DNA from: Nemertoderma westbladi
Lineage: Eukaryota > Animalia > Xenacoelomorpha
DNA length: 64,000 nucleotides
Direction: 5' to 3'
NCBI GenBank assembly: GCA_032718475.1
Contig: JAUCBJ010008856.1
Span: forward strand, 1-64,000
Shown: positions 51,814 to 64,000 of the stretch, one piece after another
How positions within the stretch are numbered: position 1 is the stretch's first letter
Layout: each line of letters starts with the position of its first letter
Translations under genes and position numbers: made by a program
The notes under the pieces: model-generated
Databases searched by the model: none
Seen by the model: only the letters and a program-made list of their open reading frames with translations
Told to the model about the DNA's origin: nothing

Positions 51814-53047
51814 TGTAAAAGCTTCTGTGGGATATAACTGGCCCCTTTTGCTTCGCAATCCAGTTTCCCCCCAGGCGCTGGAATACTCTAAAAAGGTTCT
51901 CTAACTGTATATATATTCCCCTCGCCCGCAAGGTACCGTTACAGGTGTTTTAACGGACATAAAAGTCATTCTGCTATATACGTGTTTTGGCGGACATGGT
52001 AAGGCAAAAAACCTGTAATGCACCAACTACCTTTCACAGCTTAGCCGTGATGATTCATATTACGACATCTAACAGCTGGTTGCTGACATGGAAACAGCCA
52101 TTGGACGCATGGTTCTTTGTTTGGCTTGAGCCAATCAGAGCGATTTTTCCTGTCGACGTGTAGCTTTTCAGCCGATCATAAGGAGAGTGTTCTGTCTTAC
52201 TGCTTTTACTTGATACTTTGTTGTTATTGCTGTCTAAGCCAGAAACACCGGCTTTTTGGTAAGAACTCTAGTAAACTGCTTAGATTATAGAAAGTATAAC
52301 TGTTACCGGCGGTGTTACCTCACTTAATTTAACTGCACTAATCATATTGTTTGTACTGCTATTTACCGTCAGTTATTAATTGTATCTATTTGTTGATGGA
52401 AATATTGCTCTTTGGAGAACACGGATAAATCACCCAAAATTCCCAATTTTCTTGATACACTACAGGTTAGAGAGGCGGGCTATATATAACAATTGCGTTT
52501 TATATCAATGTGGTGTGTATTGAATCTAATGTTATTTAGTAGACACTACCTGAGTCAATTGCTGTTCTCTTTATGTGTGATCAAATATACTGACGGTCGG
52601 CAGAATAGTGTGCATGATTGTGAGTGTGATGTGACTGGTAACAAAGCATTTCCTAAAGAATGCGACTTATACTTTAATCATAAGCCTTATCGTTGCGTTT
52701 AGTATAAGTCCTAGCTCTGTTTAAATAGATAGAGCGCCACGTCCTAAAGGAACTGTTAATATTTCCCGAAAGTTAATAATATCTGTCAGAAATTGCATAT
52801 TAGCGATCAATCGAATAATACAGTAGGCTTACACTGCAACCTTACACTGCAATAATAAAATCTAAGCATCCGAATTCAGCCTCCCGGGTGTAGATCCATC
52901 GGGTGAATGATCGCGCATGGGCTGGCTTCGGCTAATGTTTTGTTTATTAGCATAAAATATTGTCGTATGCTAAAGGTGTGTTAATTAACTAAAAGACATA
53001 TAAATTTTGGCAGGTTAAACTGCTAAAGGTCTTCAAAAGCGCGAACA
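51814..53047 (+). repeat. 3' LTR of element B
   Basis: Copy of 41202-42435; preceded by PPT-like TTTCTGGGAGCGG (51801-51813). Confidence 0.95.
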
Positions 53048-53052
53048 CAAGA

Positions 53053-53628
53053 AGATGGGGTTTTATAATTATTTATCGATATTATCCAAATATAACGATA
53101 TTCCATCAACAGATACAATTAATAACCGACAGTAAATAGCAGTAAAATAATGCGGTGTGTATATAATGCAGTTGACAGGCAGGATAACAGTTATACGTTC
53201 CGGTAATCAAAGCCGTTCTAATGTTTTGGCTAAAGTCTGAAACAGAATAATTCCATAGCCGATGTTCATGGCATCAGGAAAACCAACACACTGAAACCTG
53301 TGGGCTGTTGTTGGCAGCTTTCAACACAAAGAGAAATAGCTCTCATTGGCAGAACTCCAGATTCTATAGGTTCCACGAACGTCTAAATGCCAAACCTCCC
53401 TAGCCTTTGCAGCCCATAGCCAACACAAGGCTAAATCGCTCTGATTGGTCGATCATTGTTCTGATTGGTTAATCGAACAGAACAAAGAGGCCATACGTAC
53501 AGCAAATCGGCCAATCAGCCAGCAGAATGCATCACTCGAGCAAGGCAGTTTTAGAGTATTTGAGCGCATTGAGGGGAAACTGGATTGCGGAGAAAAAGGG
53601 CCAGTTACATCCCGCAAAAGCTTTTACA
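53053..53628 (-). repeat. 5' LTR of element A, U3/R-side part
   Basis: Matches ~29494-30069. Confidence 0.9.
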
Positions 53629-56600
53629 AAGATTTTCCTTAGCTGAGATGGTGTATTCATAGTGGGCTATTTTACTTGTGTGGATCAGATTTGGGGTTTT
53701 TTGACCGGTGAAAAAACTAGCCTTTAAAAGTACCCTGAAATTTTGCATGTATAAACTACTCGTCGAGGCGCATCTTTTGGCCCGGGTCTCATATCCAGGA
53801 AAAATCTGGTTTCCATGGCAACGGACTTAGAAAAAAGTCTATGTATTTCAAGTCAATATTTATAACTCTATTTGTAGGAAAACTATAATAGATTTAAACT
53901 TGGGGTTTCTCAACTCAACTATAAGGTCCGCAGCAGAGCCGATTGAAGTTAAATAGAAAATCCAGTTACCTTGGCAACCGGGTTAACAGATGTTAAAATT
54001 TATAAAATGTTAATTTGAAGCCTAAGGTTAAGGTGTTATGACTTGGGACCAACCCCTACCCCCACTATATAACTTATTCTGCATCCGAATTTGATTGTTC
54101 TGTTTTGCAGTTACCATGACAACCGCTGAAAACAGTAGTTATTATGCAAAAATTACTCATTTGGACATAGACTTCATGATGAAATTTTATGAAACTGGGT
54201 ATGTGTTATCTGGACCACTAGTTGGAACTTTTAGTGAAACTCAAAACATTCCAGAAATATCTAGTTACCATGGTAACTGGAGTTTATTAAAGTCTATATC
54301 ATTCACGTCTAAACTCAATACTCTATTTGTAGCAAAATAATGTAATATATATAAATTTGGGGTTTTGCAACTCATCTATAAGGTCCATAGCAGAGCCGAT
54401 TGAGGTTCAATAGAAAATCCAGTTGCCTTGGCAACCGGGCTAGACAGATGTTAAAATTTACAAAATGTTAATTTGAAGCCTAAGGAGAAGGTGTTATGTC
54501 TTGGGACCAACCCCTACCCCCACTATATGACTTATTCTGCGTCCGAATTTCATTGTTTAATTTTGCAGTTATCATGACAACCGCTGAAAACAGATGTTTT
54601 TATACAAAAATAACTCATTTGGACATAGACTTCGCGATAAAATTTTACGAAACTGGATATGTGTTATCTGGACCATTAGTTGGAACTTTTAGTGAAACTG
54701 AAAACATTCCAGAAATATCTTGTTACCATGGTAACTGGAGTTTATTAAAGTCTCCCCCTCTATATCATTCAAGTCTAAATTCAATACTGTATTTGTAGCA
54801 AAATAATGTAATAAATATAAATTTGGGGTTTTGCAACTCATCTGTAAGGTCCATATACAATCCATTTGAGGTTAATCACTCAATCCAATTACCATAGCAA
54901 CAAGACTAAACAGATGTTAAAATTTCTAAAATGATAATTTGAAACACAAGGTAATAGTATTATGACTTGGGGCCAAGACCTACCCCCACTATATGACTTA
55001 TTCTGCATCCGAATTACATTGTTCTATTTTTCAGTTTCCATCACAACCACTGCAAACAGATGCATTTTGATAGAAAATCGGTCCACGAAGCTAAGGAAAA
55101 TCAACTACTTTCGCTAAGAAAGATTTTCCTTAGCTGAGATTGTCTATTCATAGTGGGCTATTTTACTTGTATGAGGCAGATTTAGTGTTTTTTGATAGGT
55201 GAAAAAACTAGCCTTTAAAAGTACCCTGAAATTTTGCATGTATATACAACTCATCAAGGCGCGTCGTGTGGGATGGGTCTCATATCCAGGAAAAATCTGG
55301 TTTCCATGGCAACGGACTTAGAAAAAAGTCTATGTATTTCAAGTCAATATTTGTAACTCTATTTGTAGGAAAACTATAATAGATATAAACTTGGGGTTTC
55401 TCAACACAACTATAAGGTCCATAGCAGAGCCGATTGAGGTTAAATAGAAAATCCAGTTACCTTGGCAACCGGGCTAAACAGATGTTAAAATTTATATAAT
55501 GTTAATTTGAAGCCTAAGGTTAAGGTGTTATGTCTTGGGACCAAACCCTACCCCCACTATATGACTTATTCTGCGTCCGAATTTCATTGTTTAATTTAGC
55601 AGTTACCATGACAACCGCTGAAAACAGATGTTTTTATACAAAAATAACTCATTTGGACATAGACTTCGCGAAAAAATTTTACGAAACTGGGAATGTGTTA
55701 TCTGGACCATTAGTTGCAACTTTTAGTGAAACTGAAAACGTTCCAGAAATATCTTGTTACCATGGTACCTGGAGTTTATTAAAGTCCATATCATTCAAGT
55801 CTAAATTCAATACTCTATTTGTAGCAAAATAATGTAATAAATATAAATTTTGGGTTTTGCAACTCATCTGTAAGGTCCATATACAATCCATTCGAGGTTA
55901 ATTACACAATCCAATTACCATAGCAAAAAGACTAAACAGATGTTAAAATTTCTAAAATAATAATTTTAAACACAAGTTAATAGTATTATGACTTGGGACC
56001 AAGACCTACCCCCACTATGACATATTCTGCATCCGAAATACATTGTTCTATTTTTCAGTTTCCATGACAACCACTGCAAACAGATGCATTTTGATAGAAA
56101 ATCGGTAATTTGGGCATAAACTACAATAATTTCTGAAACTCGGTATATGTGTCATCTGAACCACAATCTGGACTGAATCTTTTTTCAAAGGTAAAACCAA
56201 CAGTTCCAGAGAATTCTAGTTTCCATGGGAATATAAGTTATTTATTGGCAAATGCCAATAAATAAATAATTGGCAAACTAGGCTAAGCAACAAACCAAAT
56301 TGTGGCCCTTTGTTTAATTTTCCTTAGCTTCGTGGTTGCATTTCCTTTAGGAAATGCCTTTCTAGTAATTTGGGCATAAACTACAATAATTTCTGAAACT
56401 CGGTATATGTGTTATCTGAACCACAATCTGGACTGAATCTTTTTTCAAAGGTAAAACCAACAGTTCCAGAGAATTCTAGTTTCCATGGGAATATAAGTTA
56501 TTTATTGGCAAATGCTACTAAACTAGGCTAAGCAACAAACCAAATTGTGGCCCTTTGTTTAATTTTCCTTAGCTTCGTGGTTGCATTTCCTTTAGGAAAT

Positions 56601-57809
56601 GCCTTTCTAGTTAAGGAAAATCAACTACTTTCGCTAAGAAAGATTTTCCTTAGCTGAGATGGTCTATTCATAGTGGGCTATTTTACTTGTGTGAGGCAAA
56701 TTTAGTGTTTTTTGACCGGTGAAAAAACTAGCCTTTAAAAGTACCCTGAAATTTTGCATGTATATACTACTCATCAAGGCGCGTCGTGTGGGATGGGTCT
56801 CATATCCAGGAAAAATCTGGTTTCCATGGCAACGGACTTAGAAAAAAGTCTATGTATTTCAAGTCAATATTTATAACTCTATTTGTAGGAAAACTATAAT
56901 AGATATAAACTTGGGGTTTCTCAACTCAACTATAAGGTCCGCAGCAGAGCCGATTGAGGTTGAATAGGAAATCCAGTTACCTTGGCAACCGGGCTAAACA
57001 GATGTTAAAATTTATAAAATGTTAATTTGAAGCCTAAGGTTAAGGTGTTATGACTTGGGACCAACCCCTACCCCCACTATATAACTTATTCTGCATCCGA
57101 ATTACATTGTTCTATTTTTCAGTTACCATGACAACCGCTGGAAACAGATGTTTTTATTCAAAACTTATTCATGTGGACATAGACTTCACGATAAAATTTT
57201 ACAAAACTGGGTATGTGTTATCTGGACCACTAGTTGGAACTTTTAGTGAAACTTAAATTATTCCAGAAATTTAGTTACCATGGTAACTGTAGTTTATTAA
57301 ATTCTATATCATTCAAATCTATATTGATAACTCTATTTGTAGCAAAACTGTAATATATATAAACTTGGGGTTTTGCAACTCATCTATAAGATCCATATCC
57401 AAGCCGTTTGAGGTTAATTAGAAAATACAGTTACCATAGCAACAAGTCTAAACAGATGTTAAAATTTATAAAATGATAATTTGAAGCACAAGATAATAGT
57501 ATTATGACTTGGGACTAACCCCTACCCCCACTATATGACTTATTCTGCATCCAAATTACATTGTTCTATTTTTAAGTTTCCATGACAACTACTGTAAACA
57601 GATGCATTTTGATAGAAAATCGGTAATTTGGACATAAACTACAATATTTTCTGAAACTCGGTATGTTATCTGAACTACAATCTGGACTGAATCTTTTTTC
57701 AAAGGTCCACGAAGCTAAGGAAAATCAACTACTTTCGCTAAGAAAGATTTTCCTTAGCTGAGATGGTCTATTCATAGTGGGCTATTTTACTTGTGTGAGG
57801 CAGATTTGG
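53629..57809 (+). mobile_element. HINE nest (right block)
   Basis: Continues the copy begun at 28870 to its 3' end at 56610, with a complete copy 55082-56365 nested at AATCGG | TAATTTGG. Further pieces at 56611 and 57706. Confidence 0.85.
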
Positions 57810-58503
57810 CCTGCTCTTGAGGTCCTTGAGGTTGTTGAAACAGGTGTTCCTCTAATCGCTCCAAAGAGCTGAAGAATCCCTGAACATATCCTGCTGCCAA
57901 CCTCTTCCACACAGCTGGATCTCGAGTATCCTTTACTACTCCCATCCTGTATAAGTCCTCCCAGGCAGCTTCCGATAAGTTAAACGGGAGTCCGGGTCCG
58001 GGGAAGTTCCATTGCGTCTCGACAATAGACTTCAGTTCCTCCATTGTGTATCCCGCATAACTGTCCTTGGTCGATCGCTTACTTCTCGCCCAATCGATTT
58101 GATGTTCTTCCACAGCCATCAATACTCTAGTGAGTACGGCTCCAGGAAGAATTAGAAGTGGATCCGGATAAACCGCTTCTGCCATCCTTGCTCCGATTTC
58201 GGGTATCAACTCTACAGTGTCTGAACTACTGGAGTTATCTGGCTGTTGAGAAATAAGTTCTCGGTTCGGGCACTGCTGCTGTTTAACAGCTGCCTCTTGG
58301 TCCCGCTTGACTTGAGCCCTAGTGCCTATGATAGACCGATGGTGCTTGACTAGCCTAGGGTCTGATACTACTACTGGAGGGATGACCTTTCTTACAGTAG
58401 GAGGGGACTTGGACTTCGGTCTCAGATGTTCTGCACTCCTATCTGAGTCGCAGACTGTTCATTCTAGGATACTATCTGACAGTGTTTGTTTTGTGTCCGA
58501 CAT
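57810..58503 (-). pseudogene. gag 5' fragment of element C
   Basis: MSDTKQTLSDSILE*...KSKSPPTVRKVIPPVVVSDPRLVKHHRSIIGTRAQVKRDQEAA. One in-frame stop; cut at the HINE junction. Confidence 0.8.
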
Positions 58504-60318
58504 GTTTGATTGTACAGTTGAATGCCTACTACTATAACGACAGTTAAAGTAAGTCTAGTAATTCAGTGTCAACTGTAAGCCTAGTAATTAATTACCGATA
58601 CCGTTACTCAATGTAACGTGATATATATAATATATTAAAATATCAGTATACACTTATAGTATATATAAGTATTATTATAGACTAGAATTAGTCACAGAAT
58701 ACCGGTATATAATTTCGGCCTAAATTTATATAAATGTATATAATAAGCCTACTGTAATACCAGTATACAGCATACACTTATAGTATATATATAAGTATTA
58801 ATATATACTAGGATTAATTACAGAATACCGGTATATAATCTCAGCCAAATTTATATAAATAAATATAATAAGCCTACTGTGAATACCGGTAATGTCAATT
58901 ATTTTAGAATAACTGAATTTCTGAATTTTAGGGTTACTTTTCTTTACTTTATTACTGTTATTAAGCAGTAGCCCAACTGATATTAAGACCTAATTGATGT
59001 ATAACAGGCCTACTATTTTATAAATCGGTTTGAGTTGATTTATAATATATATATATACCCGTACAATGGGTTTTTGACAATGTTTGAAATAAATGTTATT
59101 ATTTCTGGTAAGGAGTAACTACACAGAAGCTGAACGCTCTCAGTGGAGTGCTACTTGTTGGACACTAAAACAAATAATTCTACTTTACTAAGTTACTTAT
59201 TACTACAAATTACATACAATTACTGTGTGAGATTACAATCTCTAAATAAACACCAAAAGTTACACGTACAAATTTTAGGGTAATTTTACAGGAAATCTAC
59301 AAACCAGCCTAACAAGGAGTTAGAATTTCTGGTTATTACAAACGGACAGGATACTACGGTATTTGAAAACAATAAAGCGGTAGTAAGTAAATTGCATTGT
59401 CTAGATAAGAAAATACCACTGTCTGATGACTTATAGTCTTAAACTACAAGTACTACGTTATGTACCTGGTGTGTCCTTACCTAGAAGTTAATTACCGCAG
59501 CCAACCAGAGCTAATGTGCCTATTAACCACTTTACAACACAAATATACTGCCTACACACTAATTACTTTCGGAAAGCACTGTACGCTAAACCCTAAATTA
59601 GGTACAAGTACTTATACAACAAATAACCAGCAGTTAAATATACTTGTACAGCTAAAAGAACCACAGTATATGCTGGAGTGACCAGAGCATAAAATCACCT
59701 GTCTTTACCTACGCCAAGCAGCCCTGATGTAGTACCGGGGTTAATTTAACTATAACGGTATGTATAACAAGCACAATTACTTTAGGAATAAACTTAGGGA
59801 TATGTAGGTTGCGAATACTCGCATAGACTCTGAATAATAAATATTACGCTACCCGTGCAGACTACAAAAACAAAATACAGACCAAATGCTGGCAGACTAC
59901 TATCAAGCCTAAATAAACTACAGTATATGCAGACTCCGAAATGGTTAGTTAGTAGGCATTCCAACTGAGTAGTACGACTTATTCTTTCAGGGGGGATTTA
60001 CCTTACAACACTGGATGCCCCCACCTTCCTAACTAGTACTTTATCGGACATACACTCTACACACACTGCAATCGCTTCAGACTTAACAACAGTCAGACAA
60101 CAATCCAGCCTACAAATTATTTATAGAATCTGAGCTGGCTTACACGCCTTCTGCTCAATATTACACTCACAGATAAATAAAACTGACAGAAATAAGTAAA
60201 ATCCCAATAAAAAACCAGGGCTGCAGTCCCTGATTAAATATCAAGACCTACCGGTATATAATTATCAAAATTGAATAATACTGCTGTACGTGTAAGTACC
60301 GGTTCGGGTAGTCGGGCA
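57810..60318 (-). mobile_element. Truncated third member (element C) of the BEL family: leader and gag 5' end
   Basis: 58504-60180 aligns with the element A leader (38259-40350). The gag start aligns with element B. Confidence 0.85.
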
Positions 60319-60607
60319 TGTGATTATTTAATATTATCAATAATAGTATATCAAAGTTAATCAGCTGTGTGAGAGAAAGTGAGTAATGAGGGAGAGAGAA
60401 TAGAGGAGAGGCAGAAAGGATTTGGAAAAGTTGGCATAGATTGTGTGATGAATTGAAAGTCGAGATTGTTTCAGATTGTTTCTTGTTTATTTATTTAGTG
60501 TAATTAATTTCATTAATATTATCATTATATATTGTTTAAATATTAAATTGTATATTCATATAAATTGCTTGTGTTTTCAATTACAAGCTATCACCGCAAC
60601 CAATATT

Positions 60608-61360
60608 ATGTCATTAAAGTTGCAACAAGTAATCCGATCATTTAATGGCAAAGGTGATTTTCAAGAGTGGAAAAAGAAATTCGACCTTGTAGCAAGATCT
60701 CAGAAATGGGAAGAGAAGCATCTTTACTTGCCGATGTTTCTGGAAGATCACGCTTTTACCGTTTATGACCAGTTAGACGATGTCAACAAAGAAAACTACG
60801 AAGTTATTGAAGCGACTTTAACTAGGGCGTTTTCTGTTACACCCTATCAAGCGTATACGCAGTTTGTAAGTCGGAAATGGGGCATTGGGGAGGCGGTTGA
60901 AGTTTATTTATCGGACCTGAAACGTTTACTTGTGTTGTCTGGTCTGAAACCTACTGACATCGATAGGTTTCATCCCATGTTGAAATGTCAGATTATTTAC
61001 GGTCTACCAAGTGAGGTAGGTAGTCAACTTTTGACACTTACTGCGGTTGACGATTATACGCTATCATTGGAAGATCTCATGGCCCGTGCTAGAAATATTA
61101 TAGTTGATAAGAAACCAGATGACTCCTTGTATGCCGTGGGAGCGGTAGGAGGTAAAACGTATAGTAGACCATCGCCATCTAGCGGGTCAAATAACAAACC
61201 AACGACAACTTTTGTTTGTTATAACTGTCAGAAAACTGGTCATTATTCCTCAAGTTGTCCGGAGAAGAAATCGATTAGATGCTTTAGGTGCGGTGGAGGA
61301 GGGCACATCGCTAGAGATTGCCCTTCTAAATGGTCGGGAAACGTGAAAGGGGGGTTGTAG
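60608..61360 (+). CDS. gag: Gag of element D with two CCHC zinc knuckles
   Basis: ATG at 60608 (MSLKLQQVIRSFNGKGDFQEW); CYNCQKTGHYSSSC and CFRCGGGGHIARDC. Confidence 0.9.
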   Translation: MSLKLQQVIRSFNGKGDFQEWKKKFDLVARSQKWEEKHLYLPMFLEDHAFTVYDQLDDVNKENYEVIEATLTRAFSVTPYQAYTQFVSRKWGIGEAVEVYLSDLKRLLVLSGLKPTDIDRFHPMLKCQIIYGLPSEVGSQLLTLTAVDDYTLSLEDLMARARNIIVDKKPDDSLYAVGAVGGKTYSRPSPSSGSNNKPTTTFVCYNCQKTGHYSSSCPEKKSIRCFRCGGGGHIARDCPSKWSGNVKGGL

Positions 61361-61384
61361 GAGTTGCCGCACAACCAACCTCCC
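61336..61384 (+). promoter_or_regulatory. -1 ribosomal frameshift signal
   Basis: G GGA AAC (61336-61342) is in gag phase and followed by a stem GGGGGGTTG...CAACCTCCC. Pol lies in the -1 frame. Confidence 0.75.
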
Positions 61385-64000
61385 AGTTAAAGTCCCCTAG
61401 ATGTGCGGTTACATTATCTATTAACAACTATGAGCAACGTTACCAGTGCATGTTGGGTATAGATACTTATTGTTCCCATACTATTGTTTCTGCTGGTTAT
61501 TTATGTAATAAACCTAGTGCAAATTACTCAAATCAGTTCAGTCAGTCATTACAAATGTTAAATGGTAGTAATGTAAGAGTTATCAGTAAAGTGCAATTAC
61601 ATGTATATGATTTACCTGGTGTTGACAATTGTGTGCTCATTGAAGCGTGGGTGGTACATGGATGTAACATTTTTGATGTTGATATACTGCTTGGAATGGA
61701 TGTTATTTTAAAACTAGGTGGTTTGAATGTTGTTACAAATCCTGTTAGAAATTGTATCACTGCTGTTAGTTTTCCGAATAATGTACTTGACAATGAAGTG
61801 TGTGGAGCTGTTAACAAAGTAAATGATAGTGATGACAAGGACAAAGGCTATGAATCAGTAGGTAAATGTAAATCGAATATATTAACATCTAATACTGCTA
61901 CTGTTCAGTGTTATGACAATGGCGATGTGACTATATCTGAAAGCGATTTTGTTGTAAAGTATTCAAGTGCAAAAGGGTTTTGGGAAGTTGAGTGGTTATG
62001 GAAAAGTGGAAATATACCAGTTGGTACTGTTGGCAGTGGTATTTCAGATTATGGTATGAAATTGTCCAATGATCACATGTCCATGTTTTCAAAGGAAATG
62101 CAGTTTTGGATAGATAATAAATTTTTGGTTGAGTATAAAGAAAATGTACATGGCAATGTCAAATGTGTTCTACCTGTAATGCCTGTGGTACAGGAACATA
62201 AACTTAGTACACCAGTGAGGCCAGTATTAGATTACAAACGTCTAAATGATTTAATTGAAAGTTATCCAGGACAGCAAATGTCAGTCTGTAGTGAGAAAAT
62301 ACGAAAGTGGAGGCAATGGTCTGATAATTGTTCACTACTTGACATCAAGAAAGCGTACCTGCAAATTCGTGTAGCTCCACATCTGCTGTGTTATCAGGTA
62401 GTAGCATATCAAGATAAACTGTATGTAATGTCTAGAATGGGATTTGGGTTAGAAATAGCACGAAAGGTTTTAGATACTATTGTTGAGTTTATATTGTTTC
62501 ATGCATACAGCTTTTCACGCAATTGTGTTGACAGTTATGTTGACGACATCGATGTCGATCAAGATATTGTTTCTTGCAATGAAGTGTCACTTGCTTTAAA
62601 CACGTATGGATTGCCTACAAAGGAACCAGTCCCAATAGAAGATAGTTGTGTGTTGGGTTTACAGATTGTAAATTCAAACGGCGTTTTGAAATGGACAAGG
62701 CGGGAAAAGGGAGATTTAAAACCAAATATTTCCCAAATGTCTCGAAGGGAGCTCCATTCTTGGTGTGGTAAATTAATAGGTATATACCCAGTTTGTGGAT
62801 GGCTTCGTGTAGCATGTAGTTGGATGAAGCGTCAATGTAGTGAAGTTGAAGGACATTGTGATTGGGATGACCCAATACCTTCTTGGGTGTTAAACTTAGT
62901 CTTGGATATTTGGAAAAGAATTCAGCACAATGATCCTGTAGGAGGCATATGGCGGGCCAAGGTAGAGGATAAATGTTGTGTATTGTTGTGGTGCGATGCA
63001 AGTGATGTTGCAAAGGCAGTTGTGCTAGAAATTAATGGAGAAGCAGTAGAGGATTGTGCCTGGTTGAGAAAGAAGCGCGAATCAAAACTTCACATCAATG
63101 TTGTAGAATTAGATGCCGTTTTAGAAGCTGTTAATTTAGCCATTAGTTGGGAGATAAAGGATATCACCATCTGTACAGATTCTATAACAGTTTGTCGTTG
63201 GGTGCAGTCTACCTTAAAGAATATACAACGTGTACATATAGATGGTATGTATGTAAATTTAGTTAAACGACGACTGGAGCTTATTCTAGAACTGACAAGA
63301 GTATACAAGTTAAATGTCAATATTCAGTGGGTTACTTCAAAGACGAATAAGGCTGATGTACTTACAAGATTACCTAAAGAGTGGTTATCTATGAAAAAGT
63401 CACATATATGTAAAGAGAGTGGACGTCAATTGATAGAAAATGTTGAAAGTTTTGGTGGCATTGTTAAGAGTAACCAGAGTGAGTATTACTGTGGTATATC
63501 TCTGTGTCGTATAAAGGAGGAACAATTGAATGACGCAGAAATTCAAAATCTTTTCAGCAAAGCCAAAGTTTTGTCAAATTTTAATGGCATAAAAAGTCAG
63601 ATTATCTTGATTGATGATATATTATTTAGAACAGTGAAGGTTCCCCCAGATGAAGAATTTAATGTTCCCCTGCTATCAAAAACTCTAGAATGTGAAGCAA
63701 TCGCGAATGTTCACAAATCATATGGGCACCCCTGCCATGAAACGACCAGAGAATTGTTGCGTCGTAAATGTTATTTCCCGAATATGTCAAGTAAATGTCA
63801 AGAATACTTAAGGAACTGCGAGGCATGTTCGTTAGCAAATCCGTTAAAGCCAGAAAGTAGTGTTGGTAACGCGCGCATGGTTATTCCTGACAGACCATGG
63901 CAGGTTATCCAGATGGATACAGTCAAAACTCCAGGAGACAGTTATTATGTTGGGTTATTGGTTTTATTTGATGTCCTGACCAAATACGTTGAAGTAGTAT
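61342..64000 (+). CDS. pol: Pol of element D (protease-RT-RNase H-integrase), 3' partial
   Basis: Translated by hand; stop-free to the window end (missing from the ORF track). GIDTYCS/DILLGMD protease; RPVLDY, LLDIKKAYLQI and YVDD (62536-62547) RT; LWCDAS...ELDAV...TDS...NKAD RNase H; H..H..CEAC and PWQVIQMD integrase. Confidence 0.93.

Larger units (their letters stand above)
41202..53047 (+). mobile_element. Non-autonomous BEL/Pao LTR retrotransposon, element B (11846 bp), recent insertion
   Basis: TG...CA ends. TSD CAAGA (41197-41201, 53048-53052). Two 1234-bp LTRs, with only one difference seen by eye (41435 A vs 52047 G). Confidence 0.95.
28913..53628 (-). mobile_element. Non-autonomous BEL/Pao LTR retrotransposon, element A (~11.3 kb net), carrying a nested MITE and element B
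   Basis: TG...CA ends. 5-bp TSD AAGAT (28908-28912, 53629-53633) inside a HINE 5' end that resumes correctly. Two matching LTRs; BEL-type gag. Confidence 0.92.
60319..64000 (+). mobile_element. Unrelated, apparently intact LTR retrotransposon (element D) inserted in the element C leader; continues beyond the window
   Basis: Starts TGTGAT. Putative short LTR to ~60585 (AATTACA; right boundary unverified). Followed by gag and pol. Confidence 0.85.

Noticed and set aside
60476-60607. Hydrophobic N-terminal extension of gag D in the ORF track
   Set aside because: It begins at a non-ATG codon in AT-rich putative LTR sequence; the ATG at 60608 is more plausible.
61342-64000. Element D as the autonomous helper of elements A-C
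   Set aside because: LTR ends, gag type and RNase H tail are unrelated; only proximity links them.

Overview
AT-rich eukaryotic (invertebrate-like) DNA made almost entirely of nested transposons; no host gene is recognisable. (1) A piggyBac-like TTAA MITE occurs twice (1-1605 and 33919-35472). (2) About 24 copies or fragments of a non-autonomous Helentron/HINE-like element (subterminal inverted repeats, 3' hairpin, ~458-bp internal tandem repeats) fill 2497-28912 and 53629-57809. All lie in the same orientation, and many are demonstrably inserted into one another. (3) A non-autonomous BEL/Pao LTR element (28913-53628, minus strand, TSD AAGAT) sits inside one HINE. A young relative (41202-53047, plus strand, TSD CAAGA, near-identical LTRs) sits inside its 5' LTR, and a third truncated relative lies at 57810-60318. 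These encode Gag-protease fused to small RNase H and integrase remnants, plus a decayed accessory ORF. (4) An unrelated, apparently intact LTR retrotransposon (gag, -1 frameshift, PR-RT-RH-IN) runs from 60319 off the end of the window. The strongest novel signal: the BEL elements lack a tRNA primer-binding site. Instead, the 11 nt after the 5' LTR are perfectly complementary to an 11-mer inside the LTR, with a compensatory change between the two elements, suggesting Tf1-like self-priming. All coordinates and comparisons were read by eye.
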